Virus record (IMG/VR): IMGVR_UViG_3300037784_000042
Coordinates: 1-48,342 of that record
DNA: 48,342 nt
Source: a virus
Taxonomy: Duplodnaviria; Caudoviricetes
Direction: 5' to 3' (one strand)
This document shows positions 47,779 to 48,342 of the stretch, in pieces. The position numbers and the translations under genes are program-made. Each line of letters starts with the position of its first letter. The first letter of the stretch is position 1. Below the pieces are notes generated by a model. It saw only the letters and a program-made list of their open reading frames with translations, had not been told where the DNA came from and did no database searches.

Positions 47779-48342
47779 TGAAAAAGATATTTTTTATAGC
47801 GGTTTTGTTGGTTGGTTACTTTGCCATTGGGCAGAAATTCCCAACAGGTATAGTGACTGGCCCAATGACCACAACGGAAATAAACGCCATATCAAGCCCA
47901 CAAGAGGGCAGATTGATAGGGAACAGCACAACAGAAACAGTTTGGTATTACAATGGAACTGCGTGGGTTGATACGGGGAATCCAATTGTTGATGCAAGTG
48001 GTTTTGGGACTAATTTGGACAATACCATAACCGACCTGCAAAAACTGGCTAATGCAGTAGATACTTTGACTGTTTCAAGTGGAATAGCAGACGGTGATAA
48101 AGGTGATATAACCGTTAGCGGTTCAGGCTCTACTTTTACAATAGATAACGGTGTTGTCACAGAGGCAAAACTCAACACAACGGTAAACGCTTCTTTGGAT
48201 TTAGCCGATTCTTCGGTGCAGCCTGCTGATTTGAGCGATTATGTGGATAAGACCTCCAATGAAACTATTGGGGGCGAAAAAACTTTTACTGGTCAGACAT
48301 ATATCGGTTCATCACCAAGTGACAATAATAAATTAAGATTGG
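47778..48342 (+). CDS. Tail-fibre-like protein with signal peptide, 3'-truncated (absent from the ORF track)
   Basis: MKKIFFIAVLLVGYFAIGQ...DGDKGDITVSGSG..TIDNGVVTEAKL..NETIGGEKTFT fibre motifs; open to the end of the window. Confidence 0.7.
   Translation, partial: MKKIFFIAVLLVGYFAIGQKFPTGIVTGPMTTTEINAISSPQEGRLIGNSTTETVWYYNGTAWVDTGNPIVDASGFGTNLDNTITDLQKLANAVDTLTVSSGIADGDKGDITVSGSGSTFTIDNGVVTEAKLNTTVNASLDLADSSVQPADLSDYVDKTSNETIGGEKTFTGQTYIGSSPSDNNKLRL

Noticed and set aside
1-48342. Joining the window end to its start keeps the last ORF in frame with the pectate lyase, suggesting a circular genome
   Set aside because: One-in-three chance, no terminal repeat is visible, and the first residues look more like the end of a separate signal peptide.
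1-48342. CRISPR array, reverse transcriptase/DGR, retron or integrase
   Set aside because: No regularly spaced repeats, no RT motifs, no TR/VR pair and no tyrosine or serine recombinase motifs were seen.

Overview
AT-rich, near genome-length segment of a tailed (siphovirus-like) phage of a Bacteroidota host, most likely Flavobacteriaceae (TAnnTTTG host promoters, no Shine-Dalgarno motifs, typical Bacteroidota-phage ORF families). Left to right: (+) 5'-truncated PL1 pectate-lyase-like gene and a lysis block (membrane proteins, DUF5675 endolysin candidate, u-spanin-like lipoprotein); (-) ~4.8-21.9 kb early/replication arm (IS1595-family transposase, adenine methyltransferase, TAGT/GREB1-like glycosyltransferase, NinG, YqaJ-like exonuclease, RecT); (+) terS, then a ~6.7 kb insert with seven tRNAs and a convergent minus-strand block (HNH, metzincin lipoprotein, YopX); (+) terL, portal, scaffold, capsid, tail, tape measure and a truncated fibre-like gene. 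Main finding: the tRNA array (Tyr, Ser-UGA, Ser-GCU, Asn, Trp, Phe, Cys) is preceded by a promoter, a 27-codon leader ORF whose core uses almost only those amino acids, and an intrinsic terminator, which suggests a ribosome-stalling attenuator that switches on replacement tRNAs when host tRNAs are depleted. Also notable: two paralogous kissing-loop leader RNAs, a strongly over-represented CATTGGCC/GGCCAATG octamer and an apparently domesticated transposase. All calls were made by eye; no database searches were run.
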